A DNA stretch of 64,000 nt. It comes from Octopus vulgaris (Eukaryota). Numbering within the stretch: position 1 is the stretch's first letter; every line of letters starts with the position of its first letter. Below are positions 51,959 through 64,000 of this stretch, one piece after another. Under the pieces are notes generated by a model. It was not told the origin of the DNA and did no database searches. It saw nothing but the letters and a program-made list of their open reading frames with translations. The stretch spans positions 35,092,001-35,156,000 of the forward strand of contig OX597829.1 in the NCBI GenBank assembly GCA_951406725.2. The letters are read 5' to 3'. The position numbers and the translations under genes are program-made.

Positions 51959-53321
51959 AATGTATGTATGTATGTATGTATGTATGTATGTATGTATGTA
52001 TGTATGTATGTATGTATGTATGTATGTATGTATAAATAAGTGTTTGCATATATGCATGTGTAACGCTGCATATGCATGTGTGTGAGTATATACATATACA
52101 TACATATACATATATATATGTATGCATGTATACATATTATTCTTTTACTTGTTTCAGTCATTTGACTGCGGCCATGCTGGAGCACCACCTTAAAGGTTTT
52201 TTAAATGTATGTTTATGTATATGTATGTATGTACCTGTATGTATCTGAGTGTGAGTGCGTGTGTGCGCGCGCGTGTGCTTCAGTGAACAGCGAGTATTGG
52301 TTTCGTGTCATATTTGCACTCATTTTCACACACACACACACGTATACATACACACACGCACGCACACAGACACACACACATATGTATATGTGTATGTGTG
52401 TGTCTGAGTTTTTATGTACATATATGTGAAAACATTCATACACTCATTTATATGTGTGTGCTTATATGTGTGTGTATGTGTAAGTGTGTTTGTGTTTGTG
52501 TGTGTGTGTGTGTGTGTAGAAGCAGACAAAGGTGCATACATATACGTATTCATGAGGTGTAATGAGGATGAGTAGTAATTCATTGATTTAGAACCTGACA
52601 TTGTTGTGGATGAAAATGAGAGCAAATATGACAAGTAAACAAGATTCATTTAAATATAAAAAAAAAATACAAAGAAAAAAGATTTCAGATAATAAAATAC
52701 TACGTAAAGAATTCCTTAAGAAGCTAAATACTGGTCTGATCTTAAGAGTAGGAAATAGAAAAACAGACTGTAGTTAAGTCAGTGAAAACGCAAATGAATG
52801 AATTTAAGGCGTCAGAGCTTCTTACCAATTCTCGGCAGACAATTTAGCTTGTCAACACAAAGTCGCGTCATAGTTGTATCATTTTCTTTAACTTTTTTCC
52901 ATCTGCCCAATTTCAGCATTTATATATATATATATATTTTTTTATTTATTTAATCATAATCTTTATTTTTCAGTTGCTTCATATTTTTATTCTATCCGTC
53001 TCACCCCCTTCTTTTCATTTTCCTTTTTCCTTTTTTTTTTTTTTTACCAAACGTAAACTAATAACTAGATATCTAATTCCAAAAGGCAAAATGAAGGTTC
53101 TGGTTCGATCTCAGCTGGAAGCTAAACTGAACATTGCAAATATGTCAGGTGTCTTTTAACGAGTTTGTCTGAGGTGATGAATTATAAAGACATTGTAATG
53201 AATCAACATCTCCAGAGAGGCACGTAGCTGTCAACATTTATTTCTTCTTAACACTTTTATACTACATATTTTCCTTCTAATCTTCCTTAGAAATTTTCAT
53301 TCATCCTGAACCCACTGAATT

Positions 53322-53740
<419 letters not shown>

Positions 53741-53819
53741 CTTTATAAAATCACAAACTCACACTTTGGCAATCACATGCATACTTGCGTTCAATACAAA
53801 TATACTTGTGCGCCGTGTA

Positions 53820-54310
53820 TCTAATCTAATATCTGTAAGATTGAAGTCTTCTTTGTGTGTGTGTGAGTGTGTACAAAAATTTAATGTACCTCACTAACTT
53901 CTACATCTTTCATCCGATTTCTTTAAAATTTTATACACAGCTGCTTCATATTCCAACCTCGAACATAGGCTACTTAGATACTGTGGCCTATAGAGCGATG
54001 GGAAACTAACAATATATGATTCCTATTCATTTGTATTAATCAGCTGTTTTATAATCTTTAGGATCTTCCATACTTTTTAAATCTGTTTATAAAAATGAAA
54101 GGATTTTGTCTATTTATTTCCACAATTCTCAACCGATTTTCACCAAACTTTACACACACATTACTTATATCCCCACGATGGTCATGCACTAAACATTTTG
54201 TCCAGAGTTCCAGCGTAAACGGGCCTAAATGGACATAGTTTTTTGTATGTAAGGTCTTTCATGCTTTTTAAATCTTTTTATAAATGTGAAAGGATGTTGT
54301 CTATTTATCT
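53820..54310 (+). mobile_element. Probable Helitron-like element with internal ~200-bp tandem duplication
   Basis: TC start followed by GAAG and (TG)n; duplicated blocks CCGATTT..TTTA(T/C)ACAC (53914 / 54133) and CTTTTTAAATCT..GAAAGGAT.TTGTCTATTTAT (54073 / 54264). Confidence 0.5.
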
Positions 54311-55190
54311 GTTTCGATTGTCCACCTGCCACGGTGATTAAATTGACTAGGAACACTGTACACGATGAATATCCTGCACCAAAGAATCTTAATCTCCATA
54401 TTTAAACTGCATTAAACTTTGGAAAGCTTACCTTTACCTATTCTGGGTTACTTGAAAGTTGATGTTCCCTTCCCTCTCTTCTATTTGTTGATACCTTTGT
54501 TTACCTACCAATGCGTTGATTCACTTTAAGGGTGCTTATTTACCCATCCATTATGTTATTTCGATTGTTTTAGCATTGTCGCTCTAGCTTTTTTAGACGA
54601 TCACATATGTTTCGTCCCAAAGAATCAACCTTTAAATATGGGTTTTACTTCCACTAGCGAAAGCTATACGTATCTTTCAGAAAGCTCCATACCAATTTAA
54701 CTTTATGCAGCATTCGCTGTTATTTTATGCGCAGACTATGTGGGAAGACAGAATAAAAGGGCCTTAATCTCTCCAAAAAATAGGTCCTCTTGTTGTCGAA
54801 AAAAATAAGCTCGTTGAGGAGAAGTTTCAACGTCTTCATTCGATTTCATTATACCGTTTATGTGGCGGTTTCTGACAAGAAATTTAGCTTTCATGTAAAA
54901 CAACTATATTTTGTAGTCATTATCTGTAATCTACTCACAAAACACTTCAGTAGCTCTACTTTGCATCGCTTGCAAACCTATATGTTCTATGATCATTAAA
55001 TTGCAACGACTTCCACAATAACCTGCCTTCAATTTGATTTTCCGTTCCAAGGTTAATCGGAAACGCAAATTGCCGTGCTACTCATAACCGTTTTCGTTAG
55101 TTCAATTATTTGGTGAAAAAATACCACCAAAGCAACTTAAACCGTCCAAGGGATGGGTGCGTTTGCTAGTATGTATATATTTGCAAGCAT

Positions 55191-55292
<102 letters not shown>

Positions 55293-55322
55293 ACACGTGT
55301 GTATATATAAATATAATTGTTT

Positions 55323-55359
<37 letters not shown>

Positions 55360-55379
55360 GTATTGTGTCTGTATATGAT

Positions 55380-55590
55380 GGATTCTCCCGTCGTTAGACG
55401 ACGGATGAGGGTTTGACAATTTCTTACCGAACCGACAATTTGTTAGTGTCAAATGCTTGTGTAGACAAAAGCTCGCACTTTCCATCAATCGACATTACCT
55501 GTACAGGTGCAACAGGTTTCACATACCAGATGACGAAATGATCGCAGAGCAACGCGAAATGAAGTGCTTTGCTGAAGAACATAACGTATT
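55380..55590 (-). mobile_element. Headless fragment of a third SINE family
   Basis: Minus strand GTTCTTCAGCAAAGCACTTCATTTCGCGTTGCTC resembles a CORE-type SINE domain. Confidence 0.45.
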
Positions 55591-55883
55591 TTGTCTCTCT
55601 CTCTCTCTATATATGTATGTATATAAAGGTTAGTAGCGTTAGAGGTTGGAATAACCGTCTAAGGGATAAAAGTATCCATTATGCTCCCGGTATAGTTACC
55701 TATGTTAACCCTGGACATAAATATGCAAGCATATTATGCTCATAGATTACAGGTAATGACAAATATAAACACGAGTTTATCAGGAATCAAATTTAAAGTA
55801 AACAGAAAATGGAGAAATATTGATCAACAACAATTGACTTACATCAATTATTATTTTTAATTCTATACAAATAGACTGTATCC

Positions 55884-56001
55884 CACCTAACAGCTGTTTC
55901 TGCTTCCAATGCTATATGGTATTGCCATTCATATATTAAAAAAATAATATTCAACATATTTGGTAATAAAATCGATCTGGAAGATGGAGTTCGTCAGAGT
56001 G
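55884..56001 (-). ncRNA. Hammerhead-like motif with a very long loop II
   Basis: CACT-CTGACGA-actccat-CTTCCA-(~70 nt)-TGGAAG-ca-GAAA-CAGCTG-TT-aGGTG; an upstream frame ends YFIKLL..PLNA*, weakly PLE-like. Confidence 0.55.
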
Positions 56002-57049
56002 AAGAAAAATAAATACATAAAAGAAGAGACTAGAGAGGAAAAGGAAAGGTTGAATATGTTAAAATTATACCATTTTGCTTATATGTCTCTTTGAGATGTT
56101 GAGTAAACTTAAAGTAGTAATTGGTGGATTAATTGTTTCTATGGGGGTAATAGGGTAGATAAGTAATAAAAATGTAAAAAAAAAACTAACAATAATGGGA
56201 TACGTCAATAGGTTTAGTCAAAGAGGGAGTGAAGGTACCATAAAGTTTTGAAGTAATCATAATAGTTTTTAATAATTATGTTTATAGTACCAATTAATAG
56301 TTTTTATCATAATAAAGTGCCCAACAATTAATTTCAATTATTTGCTTTCTAATATGTGGTAAAGTCCAACCACCTATAGCCCGTAATGGGGTTGACCAAG
56401 GTCCAGCGTTCGATATAATTGGTCAATTAAATTTAAAAACAAAGGACAAGCTATTAAGACAGTTAAAGGGTTGATATAAATAAAAAAATAAATAAGTATG
56501 GAAAAGTAGTATATGTTATAAGAGGCCGAAAAACACTTAGGACATTATATATAAAAACGACCCAGACATGTAAGCAAGTACAATGCGAAAGAATGAACAA
56601 TGCCAGTAGTATCATTAAAACACAGAGAGGTATCTATTTGGACAATTAGGAATTCAGGCGTTTAGTGGGGTGGGAGAATTGTCCAAAAGCTTTATGAAAT
56701 AGGAGTGTGAAATTAGTAGACAATGAAGGGAATTTGTTCCGTAGGGAAAGAATTAGGGAGGGTGATAAGGATGATAATTATGGTTGAGGGGTGGTAATGA
56801 CTAGGGATGTGACCTAAACTGGGAGATTACGATATAAAGTCTGAACTACGATATAAACTTCTGAACTAGCACCGACAGCACCTAAGCAGTGAGTTGACTA
56901 GACAATCAAACAGTTAATTGGCTAAATATTCCCTAAATCAGTCAGCTTAGTGGTCATATAAGTATAAGTATAAATTCTTAAATTGATTACAAATTAATTA
57001 TATATTATTATTATATTAAATTTATATATGTATATATATATAAATGCAT

Positions 57050-57135
<86 letters not shown>

Positions 57136-58331
57136 TACTAGATGGTAAATGTTTTTCATTTGAAATTTACCGTGACTGATTAAAATGCAAAAATCTACTC
57201 CATAATCACTAACCAGGAGATTAAAATCATAACGCACGCAAGATAATGACGCATCAATGTAAAACGATTTCAATCAGTTGATTCAATACACGATGAACAT
57301 AGCTAGTTACCCGAATTCCTGCTACGATTTAAGTTTTAACGTACAAATCTCACCAGTCACCTTTTCATTTTAGTACACAACATTTTCCCCAAAGTCACAG
57401 ACACTAGAATTTATCAAATATGAAAAAAACATCTCACCATCTTACGGCTTTACTCTTCATTTTACTTCACAAATAGTTAAAGTCAACGCGAGATGCCTTT
57501 CAAGTATTATCAACTCCCATATTCTTCTAGTATACGATTATATTAAGTCTAGAACATGATGGCGGTATTCTAAAATCTGAAGAAAAGATAGGATAAAGAG
57601 AACACCACATGGGAAAAATGAGACGAATATTTGAAAAAAAGAAAAGAAAAAAAAAAAGAAAAAAATTCGACAAAGCTAAAAGAAATGCATTGAAAGTAGA
57701 AAACCGAAATGACGACAAAATGCTATAACAAACTGGTCGGGAACTGATTAGGTAAGTAATTAAAATGTACTCATCAAGGACAAAAACTGAAAGATATTTA
57801 TATACTCGGAAGAATACGTTGCAGGTTTGGTGGAACATTTCCAAGACAGACTGAGTCAACATTTTTGGATTTCAGGAAAAATCTACAAACATTTGATTCA
57901 GTAGTGAATCCTCAGCCCAACACAGAATATGCGACTGTTGACATGTTTATCTAGGTACATGTACGAGTATATGTATGCACCTAAGTACGTTTATATATAT
58001 ATATACAGGCACATATGCTCACACACACACACATATGTATATATATTCACACACGCGCACACGCATGCACATACGCACACACGCGCACACACACACACAC
58101 ACACATACACACACAAACGCAAATACACACATTATGTGGGGCTTGGAAAATTACATACATTGCAAAATACAAAATACATTGCTAAAAAGAAGTGTTCAGG
58201 AAATAAAATACGAGACGCATATAATTTACAACCGAAATCAAATGTAGAATGTAGAAATTGTACACAACTTAGAATGTTTTATAATTTTATAAATCCGATA
58301 TAATTTCCGTTGCTAAGTTCAAGGTTAATTC

Positions 58332-58397
58332 AACATGGAGTAGAGTAATTGTAACATGGAGTAGAGTAATTGTAACATGGAGTAGAGTAATTGTAAC
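58332..58397. repeat. Perfect 21-bp tandem repeat x3
   Basis: (AACATGGAGTAGAGTAATTGT)3 AAC. Confidence 0.97.
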
Positions 58398-59442
58398 CTA
58401 TGCACCGCATAGGTTACAACTGCTGTTCTACGAACATACCTTGGTGCTGCCTCATAAAACTGTGTAACACGTTTTTAGTCCTTGGATAACAACTGTTATT
58501 TCCTGTTTGCTTACCCATGGACAGTATGAAAACCGGCTAATATTTCCTTCAAACTTTGCTTTTGCAACATACAAACCCCAAAGAATTCATTCCTCTCAAC
58601 ACATGGCGATGATGCTCCCCTACTACTCCTGTTCATGATCAGAGATGCACATATCAGAAATGCACCACTAAGGGACATGCTCAAGTGGTTAAGTCGAACA
58701 ACTGACAAACAGATCTGTGTTATGAAGCAGAATATTTGCTATAACGATACTTCTGCTTCAGTAATTCAGCGCTGAATCTGTCTGGAATGTAATGGAAAAT
58801 AGGTCAGTTTCAAACTATTGATGTCCAAGTCTGAAGGGAAGAGTAGTCATTTCATTTGAGTTATAGATAAAAGCAAATAGAAAATAACACTTAGTGAACA
58901 AAGACAAAAACAGAACAAAATTGCTAGTGTAACTGATGAAATGCTGGTCTTTGGACAGCTGTTGTCTAGTTATCGTGTGATATTTGTGAAGAAATTTGCT
59001 AATACAAATCGTTCAGTGAGTATTAGTGAAGCGTAGTTCAATGGTAGTTTATACTACTCAGCTATCTATGATCCTGTCGTTCTGGTGTTTGCTGTCAACA
59101 GCCATAGAAAGCCTTTCACCTGATGGTTTGCTGCAGTAAAGCTGTACAACATACCTGGGTGTGTATTCCAAGTCATCGGATCACCAGCCAGAAAGTTTTG
59201 AATTTAAATTAAGCCTCAGCATTTCTATTTCCAATTTAGTTAAATGTGCTTAATATATTTACTGAAGTGAAAATTTCCCGTGTTAGTAAATAATTTTGAA
59301 TTTTTCTTATCATCAATGGTCCAAATTTCGTTTGCATCTGTCATCTAGCCCAAATATAGCTATAATTATTGGTATAATAGTTGCATTGTTACCCACTTAT
59401 TTATTACATACAGAGAGAGGTTTGAGGACCATTCCTGTTTAC

Positions 59443-60165
59443 TCGTCGTCATCGTCATCGTCGTTGTCGTCGTCATCATGTGTCGTACGCCTACAGTGCA
59501 TTGATGACATTATAACGAATGTCTTCCCGATTAAACGTGAATTCTCCAGGTACCTTGCGACTCCTGTCCAAACAGATCTGGATATTGCCTATCCATTGCG
59601 TTTTTTGCCGGCCTCTTTATTTACCATCCCCTACCCTTCCTTTCATTATACTGTTTCCCAAGCCTCTGTTTCTTCGAATATGGCCGTAACAGATATGCTT
59701 TTGTTTCTTCACAATGTTCAGGAGCTGTCGTGTTTTACCTACTTGTTGTAACATCAATTCATTTATCAGATGATCTTTGTAAGAGACACGTAACATTCTC
59801 TTTTACATCCATATTTCAAGCGCTTTCATTATGTTCTCTTCAAGTTTGTTCAGAGACGTTGCTTCACAACCACAAATAACTATTGGCCAAATGAGCGCTA
59901 CACACGGGTTTTGTTTTTTTGTTTTTACTTAGTTGGGACACTTTTGTTGGTCTGGTTGTTATTAGGCTTTTTCATAGACGTTCTTGCCATGGCTAGTCGT
60001 GTCCTAATTTCTTTCTTACAAGTGGCTTTGTCAAATATTTGGGCTCCAAGATACTTGTACAATTCAATCTGTTCAAGCCTTTTACTGCCCAGTCTGATGT
60101 TAACATTCACTTTCTCCTTTCCAACAACGATGACTTTTGTTTTCTTATGGTTGAGATAAAGACCA
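59443..60165 (-). mobile_element. RTE-group LINE 3' fragment with (GAT/GAC)n tail
   Basis: GLYLNHKKTKV..EQIELYKYLG..EIRTRLAMA and LIWPIVICGCE..ALEIWM. Confidence 0.85.
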
Positions 60166-60179
60166 TGCGTAAATGCCAT

Positions 60180-61620
60180 AATAGGATTTATTTTAATTCA
60201 TCCATATAAACTGTAGCAGTCCTTGCTGGGTATCAATAAAGTCAAGCCATCAATAGAATTCTTGCTAGAGTGGTTAGTAGATTTTTAAAAATCTACTAAT
60301 TTTTATTTATAATGAGGTAGAAACATTCTTCTCGGCTAACCTTCATCTCTATATCATTTGAGAATATTGTAATTTGTTCAATATTCTTCTCATATTTTTG
60401 GTATATGCATTCCTGTCGTTCACGAGAGAGCTGTATATCTGGATTAATGCTTCTGTCTGCCTCCATATTTGCTCACATTTCTAAAACAAATATAAACAAA
60501 ATCACTCAGAAATTATGTCTTATCCTGTAAGAGACAATTAAGTAACTTCTCGTATTTAACTTTAGGATCGTTGTCTTGGAAGAAGCCAAGTTTTAGGTCA
60601 CTGGAACTTAAAAAAAAGTCCTTAGACTTGTTAAAGACGGAGTTTTAGTATCCATGAATGAGAAATATACCAAATGTTTTCTTGTGATCCGACCAAAATG
60701 TTATCAATTTCCTCCTTTACTGACACATTTTTGTTAATTAGAAGTTGTTCAGTACATGATAAAATAATTTTCCGATTTCATATAGCCACACAACGGCCTG
60801 GTTAAAGTTTTTCTACTTCAGGTTTTTCTACAAAATGAATTTGTATCTTGAGAAGGAGATAGATATTTTTATTGAATGTCTTCCCATGTCTGTGTCGATT
60901 ACCGATTGAGGTCGATTGAAGCTTTTGTTAATTACTGATCTTCCAGCTACTTTCACTGGCAGCTTTAACCTATTTGAGAATGATCAATTTATGCTTAAGA
61001 GTTCTCATTTTACTGTCTAAATATTTTTCTATTTTCTATTTCAGTTTTTATTGGCAAGAAATATATGTATCTGTTTGCTTACATTTGATAAGTATCAGCA
61101 CATAGGTAATAGTCTTCCGTACAGTATTTTCTGACTCTCTGATGGCATTTTTATTGTTTTATTTTTGTTTTCCCTTTAATATCTTCAAGATGCTGTTTGA
61201 TAATGATATAAAGTGAATATAAACAGGTTTATTTACCAAAAGTAAGGGAGCATGATTCTGTTGCAAATATTCTCTGTTTATGCGTGTTATTATTATCTGA
61301 ATGTGTCGCTTTTCAGTACTAAACAAATATGGATCGTTGTATAATCTTTTTCTGAATTCTCTTTCATAATTTATAGTCCTGCTTTCTCCCATATTATGAA
61401 ACACGTTATCGTGACTAAAACTATAGTCACTAACAACTGCATTATTAGAAAGTCACTCCGATTGCATGTCATCTTTGATCTATTGTTACATGTAGTATCT
61501 CCAACTCTCTTCTTCCGTGCAACAGATGTTGCTTGTTTGTAGATCAACTTTATCGTCAAATAATTTAACACTGGGCAAGGTTCATCCCTGTATATTTTAA
61601 TTCTGTTCATATAAGCTGGG
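60180..61620 (-). mobile_element. Possible highly decayed L1/Tx1-like LINE
   Basis: Non-repetitive purine-biased stretch with only faint motif echoes; cannot be resolved by eye. Confidence 0.25.
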
Positions 61621-62084
61621 ATTTCACATTGTCATTTTACAGTAATTACATAAGCGTGTCGGCATTAGTGCATATGTGTTTGCATATATCTATGCATCTG
61701 TACATGTATGAGTGTGGATGTAGTTTTACATGCATGTCTTTACCAGGGAGAAATCGTTTGTTTTCTGCTATACTTGGTGCATATGCGTACATTTGCATTA
61801 TTTGTACATCATACAGGCTAAACCAGTGGAATATTTTTCAGTTACGTCAGTGGTTTGTAATTGTATGTTTACATGTCTTTCTGTTTGTTTGCATGCCAGT
61901 TTGAATGCAGGTCTGCGTATTTATATATACATAATACATACATACATACATACATACATACATACATACATACATACATACATACATACATACATACATA
62001 CATACATACATACATACATACATACATTAATACATACATACATATGCATGAGAATACATACATACATACATAAATGCATACATA

Positions 62085-62212
62085 CCTACATACTTACATA
62101 CAACCAAAAATACCATGTTGATGTTGAAATGCCAATGAAAGAACCTTGGATCTAGGTTAGAAACCGGTTCTTTCTCTATTGGCAAGAAATCTTGAAATAA
62201 ACTGAATAATGA
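62085..62212 (+). mobile_element. 3' UTR of the CATA-associated Dong-like LINE inside (CATA)n
   Basis: GATCTAGGTTAGAAACCGGT..GGCAAGAAATCTTGAAATAAACTGAATAATGA matches 35225-35335; CATA tracts on both sides. Confidence 0.92.
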
Positions 62213-62310
62213 CATATATACATACATACATACATGTATGCATGCACACATACATACATACATACATACATACATACATACATACATACACACATACACA
62301 CATACATACA

Positions 62311-62344
<34 letters not shown>

Positions 62345-62873
62345 CATACATACATACATACATACATACATACATACATACATAGAGGTAATTATGCGGA
62401 TAAACAAATTGGATAATTGAATACATTAAATATATTAAAAATATTAAATATATCATATAAAATAGTTTTGACTATGAAATACTAAATATGTAAATATGTA
62501 TACACGCAAAACGAGAGAAAGCAAAAGGTGGAGACTTTCAGATGATGAATTTTTTAGGTATAAATATATAGATATTTATATTAATGTGTTCAACTCACAC
62601 AGAGTGCAAACGACAGTGAAAATTAAAGGGATGGAAGAAGGGTGTTATAAGTCCAACAACTGTTTCTGGGTACTCGGAGATTCATAATAATGCTGGTAGA
62701 TGCGAGTCATCTCAATATGTGACCGTAATGGATACAATCAACATTGGATAGTACATACATATACATATCAAGCATATATGCATGAATATGTATGTGTATA
62801 TATACACATACACACACATATATATATATATACGCATATATATATACGTATATATATATATATGTATGTATAT

Positions 62874-62982
<109 letters not shown>

Positions 62983-63488
62983 TATATATATACGTAAATA
63001 CACACACACAGAGAAATGTATGTATATATACATAAACATAGGTACATACACATGCATGCACACTGACACATATACACACATCATTGTAGAACGATTTCTC
63101 CTATAGACTTTGTGTGTAAACACCATAAATGCTCAAAAGTCACGTCAATGGGTACATTATAGTTGATTATTTTCTTGTTGCACCCGCCCTAGACAGGTTG
63201 TCATGTTACCAGAAAAACTGAAGATTAATCTCTACCATACATTCTTTCTAGTCGTTATTTCCTGTTATAGCATTGTTACCATTCACTCCTGTCTTTCCAA
63301 TTCGTCCTGATAGGAAAAAAAAAAAAGATAGGTAAAAAAGAGAGAAAGATGCTAAAATAAAGAAGTTATTGAAAATAGAATTATAGTTAGCCACTTGGTA
63401 GTTGTTGATAGAGAGGTTCAATGGGAGGATGAAAAATCGAGAGGATGAAAAGCAATAGTCAATATCCGGATTGATGGAGAATAAGGCA

Positions 63489-63556
<68 letters not shown>

Positions 63557-63582
63557 TAATAGATATATACGGATATATAAAA

Positions 63583-63812
63583 GGCGGCGAGCTGGCAGAA
63601 TCGTTAGCATGCCGGGCGAAATGCTTATCGGTATTTCGTCTGCCGCTACGTTCTGAGTTCAAATTCCGCCGAGGTCGACTTTGCCTTTCATCCTTTCGGG
63701 GTCGATTAAATAAGTACCAGTTACGTACTGGGGTCGATATAATCGACTTAATCTGTTTGTCTGTCATTGTTTGTCCTCTCTGTGTTTAGCCCCTTGTGGG
63801 TAGTAAAGAAAG
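63583..63812 (+). mobile_element. SINE family A full length with 18-bp TSD
   Basis: A-box TGGCAGAATCG, B-box GAGTTCAAATTCC; TSD AGATATATACGGATATAT at 63561-63578 and 63813-63830. Confidence 0.96.
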
Positions 63813-64000
63813 AGATATATACGGATATATGGATGTAATAGCTTTCTCTGCTCAGGTAATATTTTGAAGAAAGTTTTTATACAATTTCCCCTCTACACTA
63901 GTGTTTTCCCTGCTTCCTTGTATCTCAGGTCAAAAGACACATTTGGTTATAATTTGTATCTGTTTGTGTTTGCTTCTCGTAGTTATATGTTTCCGTTCTG

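Noticed and set aside
63583-63670. tRNA genes at the SINE heads
   Set aside because: A and B boxes are present but no cloverleaf; they continue into SINE body and tail with TSDs.

Overview
AT-rich, extremely microsatellite-dense animal DNA with no host protein-coding exon that I can support, so it is intronic or intergenic. The repeat content points to an octopus or another coleoid cephalopod; this is inferred from the SINE families and microsatellite load and is not verified. Nearly all long entries in the ORF track are translations of simple repeats. The real content is decayed mobile DNA: two abundant tRNA-derived SINE families, fragments of R4/Dong, HERO, CR1-like, L2-like, RTE and Penelope-like retrotransposons, non-autonomous Helitrons, a mariner relic and several fold-back elements. 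Main observations: (1) an R4/Dong-type LINE lineage whose eight fragments all abut (CATA)n tracts in the same orientation, suggesting a microsatellite-specific retrotransposon; (2) about ten sequence-divergent hammerhead ribozyme motifs, two with intact cores, some inside short fold-back elements; (3) a SINE that retrotransposes as a self-re-entering concatemer; (4) a 40-bp minisatellite born from LINE zinc-knuckle codons at a SINE junction; (5) an 18-bp telomeric insertion whose empty site is preserved in the opposite arm of an inverted repeat. All alignments were done by eye and element boundaries are approximate unless exact motifs are quoted.
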